From the NCBI GenBank assembly GCA_965228735.1, contig OZ245838.1, forward strand, positions 6,720,001-6,784,000: DNA of 64,000 nucleotides, given 5' to 3'. Below the pieces are notes generated by a model. The model had not been told where the DNA came from, made no database searches, and worked only from the letters and a program-made list of their open reading frames with translations. Shown in pieces: positions 39,259-48,825 of the stretch; the first letter of the stretch is position 1; the number at the start of each line of letters is the position of its first letter. This stretch comes from Planctomycetota bacterium (lineage in GTDB: Bacteria; Planctomycetota; UBA1135; UBA2386). Both the position numbers and the translations under genes were made by a program.

Positions 39259-40527
39259 ATGAACGAACGATTCCTCGCGTTGATCGCGGTGTTGGCTGGC
39301 GTCCTTCCCGCGCAGCGGACCTGGAAGGTGAACTGCAACGGCGGGCCGGGTGTGGACTTCATCGACTTGCCGCCAGCTGTGGCGGCCGCGTCTCCCGGCG
39401 ACACGATCTTGGTGTATCACACGCCTGCAAGTTGTCCGACTGCTTCGAACTACACTGCCCCCCGAATCGACAAGGCCCTCGCTATCGTTGGCTTCATCAT
39501 GCCGGGGTCTCCGGGTAGCTCGACCCCAACGCGAGCGATTGTCGAGGGCGTGCTCGAGATCGGCCCACTGCCCGCCAACGCCAGTGTGACGGTCAGTAAC
39601 GTCTCAATCCTCCAACCGTCGATGTTGGCGTCGCCCATCGCTCATCATGGTATTCGAGTCCACGATTGTGTCGGGCGCGTCTTGCTTGAAGACATCTACT
39701 ATGGCGGCTTCGGGCTGACCAATTCCGTCATGGCGATCGAGCGCTGTGCCGACGTGACGCTCCGCGGCTGCCACTTCAGGCTCTCCGGCGAACCAGCGAC
39801 TTTCGTGGACTCGCGGGGACTTGTTACGTTCTCGCGCCTCGAGCAGCGTGGCCCCTTCTTCGGAGGCGCGCCGTACGCCTACACCGCAACCCGCGAGGCG
39901 CTGCTCGTGCGGCGTTCGGATGTCGCGGTGATCGGCAGCGTTCTCGACGGCGCGAACCGGGTGGCGAACTGGTTCCCGGCGCAGAACTGGGGGCCGCGTG
40001 CGGGGGCGGTTGTCGAAAGTGGCACGCTGTCCATCGGCCCGGCGACGTTGCTACGTGGCGGCTACGATGGCTTCGGTCAGACCTGGGGGTTCTACCTGCC
40101 GCAACCGAGTCAGGCGACGGTCTACGTCGACCCGCGCGCCACGCTCGACACCGTGCCGCTGTTGCCGACAACGACCCGCTGGATCCACGCGGCCTACCAC
40201 GACTGGCTCGTCGCCGGCGAGTCGTACAACGTCTCGGTCGCCGGCCCGCTCGGCAGTTGGGTGATGCTCGGCGTCGGTGCCCTGGCGCCACAGCCGGTGA
40301 ACGTCGGCTTCGGCATGCTCGCGCTCGACCCGGCCGGCGTCGCGGTCATGGGCCTGAAGCAGGCTGGCGGCTTCGGCTACGCGGACTGGACCGGAACGTG
40401 CCACGCGGCCGTGCCGGTCGGCTTCGCGCTCGGATTCCAGGCCGCGCTGCTGGCGCCGAACGGCGAGATCTCGATGTCGCTGCCGTCGCCGTTCACGGTG
40501 GGCTGGCCGCACGGCGTGCAGCCGTAG
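39259..40527 (+). CDS. Secreted protein, beta-helix-like N-region plus shared C-terminal domain
   Basis: Signal MNERFLALIAVLAGVLPA-Q; DFIDLPPAVAAASPGDTILV resembles a beta-helix cap. Confidence 0.7.
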   Translation: MNERFLALIAVLAGVLPAQRTWKVNCNGGPGVDFIDLPPAVAAASPGDTILVYHTPASCPTASNYTAPRIDKALAIVGFIMPGSPGSSTPTRAIVEGVLEIGPLPANASVTVSNVSILQPSMLASPIAHHGIRVHDCVGRVLLEDIYYGGFGLTNSVMAIERCADVTLRGCHFRLSGEPATFVDSRGLVTFSRLEQRGPFFGGAPYAYTATREALLVRRSDVAVIGSVLDGANRVANWFPAQNWGPRAGAVVESGTLSIGPATLLRGGYDGFGQTWGFYLPQPSQATVYVDPRATLDTVPLLPTTTRWIHAAYHDWLVAGESYNVSVAGPLGSWVMLGVGALAPQPVNVGFGMLALDPAGVAVMGLKQAGGFGYADWTGTCHAAVPVGFALGFQAALLAPNGEISMSLPSPFTVGWPHGVQP

Positions 40528-40646
40528 ATCGCCGTTCACCGACGGTGGATGGACGGGTCGATCGACGAGGATCCGACACCGCCGGCCTCGAAACGGGCAG
40601 TTCTGGCCGAGACCACAGGTGGCATGGGTTTCGCTACACTGGGGGC

Positions 40647-41984
40647 ATGCTCCGAAACGCCAGCCTGGTCGCGCTCTGCTTCTCCGGGATCGCTGTCGCG
40701 CAGTCGCCGCAGTGGCGGTCGCTGCCGGCGGTCAACTCGTTTCCGTTGTCCGGCGCGGCGATCACCTACGACCACCAGCGCGATCGTGTCGTCCTGTTCG
40801 GCGGCGCGACCGGTCACCTGCAGACGTCCTACCTGACGGAGTTCGACGGTGCCACCTGGGCCGCGCCGAACTACGGCAGCACGGTCTTCCCGACGCCGCG
40901 CGCCGGTCATCGCGTCGCGTTCGACGGCCGCCGCGGCGAGACGCTCATGGTTGGCGGTGGCGACCTGGGGCCGATCTACTTCACCGACACCTGGGTCTGG
41001 AACGGGGAGACGTGGGCGGAGCGATTCCCGCAGCAGTCGCCCCCGGTGGTCTTCGGCGGCTTCTCGTTGACGTACGACGAACGGCGCGAAGTCATCGTGC
41101 TCTACTCGGGCACGTCGGTGTGGGAGTGGGACGGTGGCAACTGGACGCAGCGCACGCTCGCGACGCTGCCGCCGCCGCGGAGCTACCACGCGGCGGCGTA
41201 CGACAACGTCTTCGGCCGCTTGCTGATCCACGGCGGGCAGACGGTGCCGTGGTCGAGTTCGTGGCAGTCGGACACCTGGGCCTACGACGGTGCGAACTGG
41301 CAGCAGTTGTCCGCCAGCGGACCGGCTGCCAACTACCCGCAGATGGCGTTCGACCGCGAGCGCGAGGTGGCCGTCGTCATGGCCGGCCTCGGTCCCACGC
41401 ACGAGTTCTCCGTCGCGACCTCGACGTGGCTCGCTGGTCCGAACGCGCCGACCTTCGGCCACCTGACGTTCGATCGACAGCGCAACCGCATCGTGCTGGT
41501 CGAGCCGCACAGCGGCAACGCCGGCTCCAACCCGGGGTCGACCTACGTCTACGAGACGCCCGGTCTGGCCGTTGCGCAGCCCTACGGGATCGCGTGCGGC
41601 AGCCCGGCGCTGATCGCCGAGGCGGATCCGGGCGCGCGACCGGTGATCGGCAACACCCTGGCCGTGCAGCTCGACAACGTGCCCGGCTCGGTCGCGTTCA
41701 TGTGCTTTGGCTGGTCGAGTGACAGCGTCCTCGGTCTGACGCTGCCGTACCGAATGGACGCCTGGGGGCTGCCCGGGTGCTGGCTGCTGCAGAGCGATGA
41801 CGCGATTACGCTGCCCTGCACGATGACCGGTGCGGGCACCGCGCGCTTCGACTTCGCGCTGCCGAACGCAGCCGGGTTCGTCGGGCTGCCGTTCTTCCTG
41901 CAGCCATGGGCGCCAGCGCCGGGTCTGAATCCTGCCGGCGCCGCGATCGGCAACGGCGTCGCCGTGACGATCGGCGCGTTTTGA
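40647..41984 (+). CDS. Secreted Kelch-like propeller protein plus shared C-terminal domain
   Basis: Signal ending AVA-Q; repeats YD..R..VLFGG, DTWVWNG, WEWDG, DTWAYDG. Confidence 0.82.
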   Translation: MLRNASLVALCFSGIAVAQSPQWRSLPAVNSFPLSGAAITYDHQRDRVVLFGGATGHLQTSYLTEFDGATWAAPNYGSTVFPTPRAGHRVAFDGRRGETLMVGGGDLGPIYFTDTWVWNGETWAERFPQQSPPVVFGGFSLTYDERREVIVLYSGTSVWEWDGGNWTQRTLATLPPPRSYHAAAYDNVFGRLLIHGGQTVPWSSSWQSDTWAYDGANWQQLSASGPAANYPQMAFDREREVAVVMAGLGPTHEFSVATSTWLAGPNAPTFGHLTFDRQRNRIVLVEPHSGNAGSNPGSTYVYETPGLAVAQPYGIACGSPALIAEADPGARPVIGNTLAVQLDNVPGSVAFMCFGWSSDSVLGLTLPYRMDAWGLPGCWLLQSDDAITLPCTMTGAGTARFDFALPNAAGFVGLPFFLQPWAPAPGLNPAGAAIGNGVAVTIGAF

Positions 41985-42090
41985 CCGAACGGGGGACGAG
42001 CGCTGTCGCTACCCGGATAGCCGGTAGCGCAGGCGCTCCGGCACGCTCGCGGGATCGTGGTACGATTGCGCGCTCTCCCGGTCTCACGCC

Positions 42091-43863
42091 ATGGCCCACA
42101 ACCGATTCGCCGCGTCCGCGGCCGCCGCTCTCATCGGCCTTTCCGCACTGCCGGCGCTCGCCGCGCAGTGCACGATCCACGATCTCAACTCCGGCGCAGC
42201 GGGCACCTGGCCGCAGTTCATCGTGCCCGCGTTCGGTCAGCAGCTCTACATCAACGCCAACATCGGCGGTGCCGGATCCGAACTCTACCGCTGGAATCGG
42301 GCGACCGGCTTTCAGCTGCTCGACATCAACCCGGGCTCCAACAACAGCAATCCGCAGTCGCTCGCCGCGGCGTGCACGCCGGTCGGGCCGCGGGTGTTCC
42401 TGAGCGCGCGCGGTGCGACCGGGGGGCAGGAACTGTGGATGACGGACGGCTCGCCGGCCGGCACGGTGCGCGTGCGTGACATCCTCCCGGGCAACAGCAG
42501 CTCCAACCCGACGCACATGTTCGCGGGTCTGGATCGCGTGTTCTTCCAGGCCAACGACGGCACCAACGGGCGGGAGCTGTGGTCGTCGGATGGCACGACG
42601 GCCGGCACCCAGATGATCCTCGACATCAACCCGGGTTCGGGCAGCTCGCAGCCCGACTTCCTCGCGCTGCTCGGCGGGCGCCCGGTGTTCACCGCGTGGA
42701 CGCCGACCCTCGGCCGCGAACTCTACATCACCGACGGCACCGCCGCGGGCACGATCCTGCTCGCCGACATCCGGCCGGGTTCGAGCTCGTCGTCGATCTT
42801 CGAGGCCGTGGTCCTCGGCGATCGCGCCTACTTCGCGACCGACGATGGCGTCAACGGCTCCGAGCTGTGGGCGACCGACGGCACGCCGGCCGGGACCGCG
42901 ATGCTCGTCAACCTCGCGCAGAACGCGGGCAGCAGCAGCCCGCTCGAGCTCACGAAGAACGGCGACGAGCTGTTCTTCGTCGCGACCGACGGCTTCACGG
43001 GCCAGGAGCTCTACAAGACGGACGGCACGCCCGCCGGCACGGTGCTGGTGAAGGACGTTCGTCCCGGCGCGCTGTCGTCGCAGCCGCGCGACCTGATCGC
43101 GTCGAACGGGCTGGTGTTCTTCTCCGCCGATTCGGTCGGTGGGGCGGGCCGCGAGTTGTGGGTCAGCGACGGCACGAGCGCCGGCACGGTCGAGATCGAC
43201 ATCAACCCGGCGGGCAACTCGTTCCCGCAGTCGTTCGTGGCGGTCGGCACCGGGGTCTGTTTCGCCGCGACCGACGCGATGGGGAGCGAGCCGTGGTTCT
43301 CGGACGGGACGGTGGCGAACACGTTCCGCGTGTGTGACATCGACCCGGGGGCCGGCAGCAGCACGCCGCAGAACCTCATCGTCGCCGCCGGGCGCGTCTT
43401 CTTCCAGGCGTCCGATCCGGCGCTCGGCAACGAGGTGCACGAGATCACGACGCCCGGCGCGCTCGCAGAACGGCGCGGTCACGGCGCGTTGCCGAGTCAT
43501 CCGGAGCTCGTGAGTCGCGGCGGTCGTGCGCCCGTCCTCGGCACCACGGTCGACCTCGATTCGACCGGGCCGGCGACCGGGCTCGGGGTCCTCACCGTGG
43601 GGTTCGGCAAGCTGCCGCTGCCGGGCACGCCGGGTTTGACCGTCGGGGCGTGTGACTGGACCGGTGTCACGAACAACACGGCCGTGGTCGCGGTCCTCGG
43701 GTTCGGGCCGACGTTCTCCTACGCGTTCGCGATCCCGAACGTGCCGGGCTACACCGGGCTCGATCTCGCGTTCCAGACGGTGTGGCTCGTGTCGGGGCAG
43801 ACCCCGGCCGTCGAACCGTCGAACGGACTGCAGCTCGTCCTCGGTGGACCCGTGCCGATGTGA
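42091..43863 (+). CDS. Secreted ELWxxDGT-repeat protein plus shared C-terminal domain
   Basis: Signal ending LAA-Q; repeats ELWMTDGS, ELWSSDGT, ELYITDGT, ELWATDGT, ELYKTDGT, ELWVSDGT with DIxPG. Confidence 0.9.
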   Translation: MAHNRFAASAAAALIGLSALPALAAQCTIHDLNSGAAGTWPQFIVPAFGQQLYINANIGGAGSELYRWNRATGFQLLDINPGSNNSNPQSLAAACTPVGPRVFLSARGATGGQELWMTDGSPAGTVRVRDILPGNSSSNPTHMFAGLDRVFFQANDGTNGRELWSSDGTTAGTQMILDINPGSGSSQPDFLALLGGRPVFTAWTPTLGRELYITDGTAAGTILLADIRPGSSSSSIFEAVVLGDRAYFATDDGVNGSELWATDGTPAGTAMLVNLAQNAGSSSPLELTKNGDELFFVATDGFTGQELYKTDGTPAGTVLVKDVRPGALSSQPRDLIASNGLVFFSADSVGGAGRELWVSDGTSAGTVEIDINPAGNSFPQSFVAVGTGVCFAATDAMGSEPWFSDGTVANTFRVCDIDPGAGSSTPQNLIVAAGRVFFQASDPALGNEVHEITTPGALAERRGHGALPSHPELVSRGGRAPVLGTTVDLDSTGPATGLGVLTVGFGKLPLPGTPGLTVGACDWTGVTNNTAVVAVLGFGPTFSYAFAIPNVPGYTGLDLAFQTVWLVSGQTPAVEPSNGLQLVLGGPVPM

Positions 43864-43891
43864 CGGCCGGCGTGCCGGCTCTCGCGTGGCA

Positions 43892-43921
43892 GCCTTGCGG
43901 TTTGAACCAGGTTCCGTACGG
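43892..43921 (-). repeat. Single-arm copy of the REP-like family (copy 3)
   Basis: 26/30 identical to 17762-17791. Confidence 0.8.
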
Positions 43922-43953
43922 CAGCGCTCGAGCCACCGTCTATCGTTGCCGGG

Positions 43954-45603
43954 ATGCAGCAATCCGCGTCCTTCCAGGCCCCGCGTGGGACGACCCTCAA
44001 CTGCGCCAATTGGCAGATCGAGGCCGCCTACCGGATGATCCAGAACAACCTCGACAGCGAGGTCGCCGAGGATCCCGAACAGCTCATCGTCTACGGCGGG
44101 CTCGGCAAGGCGGCGCGCAATCACGAGGCGCTGAGCAAGATCCTCGCGACGCTCAAGCGCCTGCAGCCGGACGAGTCGATGCTCGTGCAGTCGGGCAAGT
44201 GCGTCGGCGTGCTGAAGACGCACCCGGACGCGCCGCGCGTGCTGATCGCCAACAGCAACCTCGTCGGCGACTGGGCCAACTGGGACGAGTTTCGGCGGCT
44301 CGACGCGCTCGGCCTGATGATGTACGGCCAGATGACCGCGGGCAGCTGGATCTACATCGGCAGCCAGGGCATCGTGCAGGGCACCTACGAGACGTTTGTC
44401 GCCGCGGGCAAACGTCACTTCGACGGCGACCTGCAGGGCACGCTCACGATCACGGCCGGGCTCGGCGGCATGGGCGGCGCGCAACCGCTCGCGATCACGA
44501 TGGCCGGCGGCGTGTGCCTCGCGGCCGACGTCGAGGGCTGGCGGATCGACAAGCGCCTCGAGACGAAGTACCTCGACGAGCGCATCGACGACCCGAAGCG
44601 GGCGCTCGAGGTCGCGCTGCAGAAGAAGGCGGAGGGCGTCGCGTGGTCGATCGGGGTCGCGTGCAACGCGACCGAGCTGCTCACCGTCGTGCGCGACAGC
44701 GGGCACGTTCCGGACCTGCTGACGGACCAGACGTCGGCGCACGACATGCTCATCGGCTACGTGCCCGATGGCATGACCGTCGCAGAGGCCAATGAACTGC
44801 GCGAGCGCGACCCGAAGGCCTACCTGAAGGAGTCGAGCCGGACCGTGGCGCGGCACGTGTCGCTGATGCTCGAACTGCAGGAGAAGGGCGCGATCACGTT
44901 CGACTACGGCAACAACATCCGCACCGAGGCGCGCGACGCGGGCGTGGCCGAGGCCTTCCGGATCAAGGGCTTCATCCCCGAGTACATCCGGCCGCTGTTC
45001 TGCTCGGGGCGCGGACCGTTCCGCTGGGTCGCGCTCAGCGGCAACCCGAAGGACATCGCGCGCACCGACGAGCTGGCGCTCGAGATGTTCCAGGACAACC
45101 CGGCGCTCGTGACGTGGATCGAGAAGGCCAAGGAGAAGATCGCGTTCCAGGGCCTGCCGTCGCGCATCCTTTGGCTCGGCTACGGTGAGCGCGCCCGGTT
45201 CGGCCTCGCGGTCAACGAGCTCGTGAAGCGGGGCGAGATCGAGGCGCCGGTCGTGTTCGGCCGCGATCACCTCGACTGCGGTTCGGTCGCGTCGCCCTAC
45301 CGCGAGACCGAGGCGATGAAGGACGGCAGCGACGCGGTCGCCGACTGGCCGCTGCTCAACGCGATGCTCGCCGTCGCGTCCGGCGCGACCTGGGTGTCGA
45401 TCCACCACGGCGGTGGCGTCGGCATGGGCAAGTCGATCCACGCGGGCCAGGTCACGGTCGCGGACGGCACCGAGGCCGCGGCCGCGCGCATCGGCCGGGT
45501 CTTCACCTGCGACCCCGGGATCGGGGTCATGCGGCACGCGGATGCCGGTTACGAGGACGCGCAGGCGTTCGCCGCGCAGGAGAACATCGACCTCGGCGGC
45601 TGA
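43954..45603 (+). CDS. hutU: Urocanate hydratase
   Basis: [64 protein letters not shown]. Confidence 0.97.
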   Translation: MQQSASFQAPRGTTLNCANWQIEAAYRMIQNNLDSEVAEDPEQLIVYGGLGKAARNHEALSKILATLKRLQPDESMLVQSGKCVGVLKTHPDAPRVLIANSNLVGDWANWDEFRRLDALGLMMYGQMTAGSWIYIGSQGIVQGTYETFVAAGKRHFDGDLQGTLTITAGLGGMGGAQPLAITMAGGVCLAADVEGWRIDKRLETKYLDERIDDPKRALEVALQKKAEGVAWSIGVACNATELLTVVRDSGHVPDLLTDQTSAHDMLIGYVPDGMTVAEANELRERDPKAYLKESSRTVARHVSLMLELQEKGAITFDYGNNIRTEARDAGVAEAFRIKGFIPEYIRPLFCSGRGPFRWVALSGNPKDIARTDELALEMFQDNPALVTWIEKAKEKIAFQGLPSRILWLGYGERARFGLAVNELVKRGEIEAPVVFGRDHLDCGSVASPYRETEAMKDGSDAVADWPLLNAMLAVASGATWVSIHHGGGVGMGKSIHAGQVTVADGTEAAAARIGRVFTCDPGIGVMRHADAGYEDAQAFAAQENIDLGG

Positions 45604-45855
45604 GCCGGGTCGTTCGGGTCGCCCGGGCCGCCCAGACGCGCATTCCCGGCCGGCCGCTGCCGCGGTATACTTGGTATCATAAAGTAGATTTCCTGAGCGC
45701 CGTGTGCCCGTTTCATCGTTGCTACGGGCGATTCCGGCGGTCCACTTCCAGACCCGGCATCGAGCCCGGCGCGACTTGCCACAAGCGACAAGTCGACCCG
45801 TGGTATCGGTCGAAGAGTACAGCCGCGGCGGCGTTCCAGCTGCCGTTCCCACAGC

Positions 45856-46620
45856 ATGTTCCGTCGTCAGAAAGCCGAAGAGCGCGCCCCCGGCACCGAA
45901 GGTGATCTCGTCGTCGTCGTCGACGAGGCGGTCAACCCGTTCCTCGTGATGTTCCACGAGCCGGCGAGCTTCCGCGCCGAGCAGGTCCGCTCGCTGCGCA
46001 ATCGTCTCGTCGCGATGAACCCCGATGGCGAGCCGAAGACGCTCGTCGTGACATCCGCGGTGCGCAGCGAGGGCAAGTCGATCGGCGCGCTCAACCTGGC
46101 GATGGCGTTCTCCGAGCTCGAGTGGCAGAAGGTCGTCATCGTCGACGCCGACCTGCGGCGCCCGAGCTGTGAGAGCTACCTCAACCTCAACCGCGGGAAG
46201 GGCTTCTCCGACGTGCTGCTCGGCGACGCGACGCTCGATGAAGCGCTGCGACCGGCCGGCTTCCGGCACCTGCAGCTGCTCGGCGCCGGCACGCCCGTGA
46301 GCAACCCGGCCGAGGTGCTCGGAATCGGGCGCATCGACGGCCTGTTCCAGCGGCTGAAAGAACGCTTCCAATACATCGTGATCGACACGCCGCCCGTGCT
46401 GCCGTCGACCGACGCCGGCGTGCTGTCATCGCGCGCCGACGGCACGCTCGTCGTCGTGCAGCTCGAGCAGTCCCTCAAGGGCCAGACCAAGGACGCGATC
46501 CGGCTGCTGCAGGATCAGGGCGGCAACGTGCTCGGCACGTTCGTGAACGGCCTGCGCGGCCAGGACCCGGAGAGCGACAAGCGCCTGGCCTACGAGCCGC
46601 GCGAGATCGACGAGGACTGA
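45856..46620 (+). CDS. Soluble CpsD/CapB-type (BY-kinase-like) P-loop protein
   Basis: EQVRSLR, TSAVRSEGKS, DADLRRP, NPAEVL, IDTPPVL; no TM and no C-terminal Tyr cluster. Confidence 0.88.
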   Translation: MFRRQKAEERAPGTEGDLVVVVDEAVNPFLVMFHEPASFRAEQVRSLRNRLVAMNPDGEPKTLVVTSAVRSEGKSIGALNLAMAFSELEWQKVVIVDADLRRPSCESYLNLNRGKGFSDVLLGDATLDEALRPAGFRHLQLLGAGTPVSNPAEVLGIGRIDGLFQRLKERFQYIVIDTPPVLPSTDAGVLSSRADGTLVVVQLEQSLKGQTKDAIRLLQDQGGNVLGTFVNGLRGQDPESDKRLAYEPREIDED

Positions 46621-46622
46621 TC

Positions 46623-47414
46623 GTGAAGCGCTTCAAGGAATCGCTGAAGGACGCCGTGCGCCAGATGGCGTATCGGACGTCCGTGGACAGCCTCAAGAAG
46701 CGCGGCGTCCAGCAGGTCAACGTGCTCGGCATGGACCGCATCGTCTCGCTCGTCGAGGCGGCGGTGCACAAGAGCCTCAAGAGCAGGCTCGTCGGCATGG
46801 AGCGCGAGGCGGTCGCGGATGCGACCAAGGCCGAGTTCGTGCGCCTGATGCGCAACAACGAGGATCTGCAGCGCGAGAAGAGCGAGATCGAGCAGCAGAA
46901 GGAGCGCGCGCAGGAAGAGGTCGACATCATGCGGCGCGAGATCGCGCAGCAGGAGCAGGCCCTCAAGACCCGGCTCGACGAGGGCGCGCTCGAGGTCGCG
47001 AGCCGCTACGAGGGCGAGAATGCCGTGATCGCGCAGAAGGTGGCGGACGTGATGCGTTCGCTCCAGAGCCAGGGCGGCCTCGCGGGGGCCGAGACCAAGG
47101 TCATCGAGCTCGTGATGGACATCGTCCAGGACGAGCGCAAGGAGGCCGAGGAGGCCCGGGCGGCGCTCCGCGACCGCGAGGTCGAGAACCTGCGGCGCCG
47201 GATCACCAAACTCAACGACTCGCTCGCGCAGACCGAACATCGGTTGCAGTCGGTGTCCGCGATGAAGAACATCGACGACGGCATCTCTTCGATCTACCGG
47301 GAGGTCCAGGGGCTCGACGCCTCGGACCAGCAGGCCGGCAAGAAGAAGGAGCTCATGTCCGAGATCTTCCGCGCCAACCTGGAGTTGCAGCAGAAGGTCA
47401 AGAGCCGGCAGTAG
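46623..47414 (+). CDS. Coiled-coil cytoplasmic protein
   Basis: E/K/Q/R-rich heptad pattern; starts 2 nt after the upstream stop. Confidence 0.8.
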   Translation: MKRFKESLKDAVRQMAYRTSVDSLKKRGVQQVNVLGMDRIVSLVEAAVHKSLKSRLVGMEREAVADATKAEFVRLMRNNEDLQREKSEIEQQKERAQEEVDIMRREIAQQEQALKTRLDEGALEVASRYEGENAVIAQKVADVMRSLQSQGGLAGAETKVIELVMDIVQDERKEAEEARAALRDREVENLRRRITKLNDSLAQTEHRLQSVSAMKNIDDGISSIYREVQGLDASDQQAGKKKELMSEIFRANLELQQKVKSRQ

Positions 47415-47479
47415 GCCGCGGGCAGACGCACACGCAGTACAGGCAGCAGCAAGACAGCAGGAACGCAGTAGGGAACAAG

Positions 47480-48559
47480 ATGACGGAATCGCCCAAGAGC
47501 CCGGAGACCGATTCTCCGGAGAAGGACCATGGCGTCCTCTACATCGGGATGGACCTCGGCACGTCGCGCACTTCGGTGTCGGCGAGCAACGGCGTGCGCG
47601 AGACGGTGCACTCCGTGGTCGGCTACCCGAAGGACGTGGTCAGCAAGAAGCTGCTGAAGCGCGACGTGCTGTTCGGCGCCGAGGCGATGGAGAAGCGCCT
47701 GTCGCTCAAGATGTACAAGCCGCTCGAGAAGGGCGTTCTCAAGTACACGGGCGACGCGGAGAAGGACGCCGAGGCCAAGGCCAACCTCAAGGCCGCCGAG
47801 GATCTGATCGGGGAAGCGATCCGGCTCGCGAAGCCGCGCCAGGACGAGCTCGTCTACTGCGTGATCGGCTGCCCGGCCGAGGCCTCGATGAAGAACCGCG
47901 AGGCGATCATCGAGGCCGCGCGGTCGCACGTCGATTCGGTCATGCTCTGCAGCGAGCCGTTCGCCGTCGCCTACGGCCTCGACTGGCTCGAGGACGTGCT
48001 GGTCATCGACATCGGCGCGGGCACGACCGACCTCTGCCGCATGCACGGCACGATGCCGGAGGACGCCGACCAGGTCACGTTCGACGTTGCCGGCGACGCG
48101 GTCGACCAGGCGCTCGACGCCGAGATCGAGAAGAACTGCCCCGGCGCCCAGCGCACCGTGCAGATGGTCAAGGAGATCAAGGAGCGTTGGGGCTTCGTCG
48201 GGGACGCATCGGAGCGCGCGATGGTCTCCCTGCCCGTCAACGGCAAGCCGACCGAGTTCGACCTCACGGACTCGATCCAGACCGCCTGCAAGATCCTCGT
48301 CGACCCGATCGTCGGCGGCATCCACGAGCTGGTCAGCTCGTTCGACCCCGAGTTCCAGAACAAGCTGAAGAACCGCGTCCTCCTCGCGGGCGGCGGCTCA
48401 CTCCTCAAGGGCCTCGACTCGGCGATCGAACGCGCCCTGCAGGAACGCCTCGGCGGCGGCAAGGTCATCCGCATCGAAGAACCGATCTACGGCGGCGCCA
48501 ACGGCGCGCTGAAGATCGCGCATGACATGCCGGCTGACTACTGGGAACAACTCAAGTAG
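47480..48559 (+). CDS. MamK-like bacterial actin
   Basis: IGMDLGTS, SVVGYPKDVV, SEPFAVAYGLD, IDIGAGTTDLC, EDADQVT..AG, IKE, AGGGS, GALKIAHDMPADYWEQL; recalled MamK motifs (SVVGYPKD, DIGAGTTD, EDQVTL, YW.QL) match. Confidence 0.88.
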   Translation: MTESPKSPETDSPEKDHGVLYIGMDLGTSRTSVSASNGVRETVHSVVGYPKDVVSKKLLKRDVLFGAEAMEKRLSLKMYKPLEKGVLKYTGDAEKDAEAKANLKAAEDLIGEAIRLAKPRQDELVYCVIGCPAEASMKNREAIIEAARSHVDSVMLCSEPFAVAYGLDWLEDVLVIDIGAGTTDLCRMHGTMPEDADQVTFDVAGDAVDQALDAEIEKNCPGAQRTVQMVKEIKERWGFVGDASERAMVSLPVNGKPTEFDLTDSIQTACKILVDPIVGGIHELVSSFDPEFQNKLKNRVLLAGGGSLLKGLDSAIERALQERLGGGKVIRIEEPIYGGANGALKIAHDMPADYWEQLK

Positions 48560-48735
48560 TCGGGCCACGCCGCAGCCGCACGCTGGACTGCGTCGGGACT
48601 TCGGTCGCTCGTGCTCAGCGGCCAGGAGGCCGCCTCCGCGCGGCTCCCTTGCCCTCCTTGCCAGCGCACGGCTGCGGCGCGGAGAACCGGTGCCGCGGCA
48701 CGGGCAGACTTGCGGCCTTCGGCCGCTCGTCTTGT

Positions 48736-48787
48736 CACGATGTCACGTGTGACATCGTGCCCGTACGGTACCTGGTTCATGCTGCCG
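48736..48787. repeat. 11-bp-arm palindrome adjoining a single arm of the REP-like family (copy 4)
   Basis: CACGATGTCAC-GT-GTGACATCGTG, then 48759-48778 is identical (20/20) to 17710-17729. Confidence 0.8.
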
Positions 48788-48825
48788 GGTTTCGCCAGGA
48801 GGGGCTGATGTCGCCGGTGGCTGCG

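Noticed and set aside
45856..48559. Magnetosome island or capsule locus
   Set aside because: No mam genes, and no wza/wzx/wzy or chain-length partner near these genes.
774..48787. Palindromes as a CRISPR array or integron attC sites
   Set aside because: They are dispersed, with no regular repeat-spacer pattern and no cas or integrase genes.
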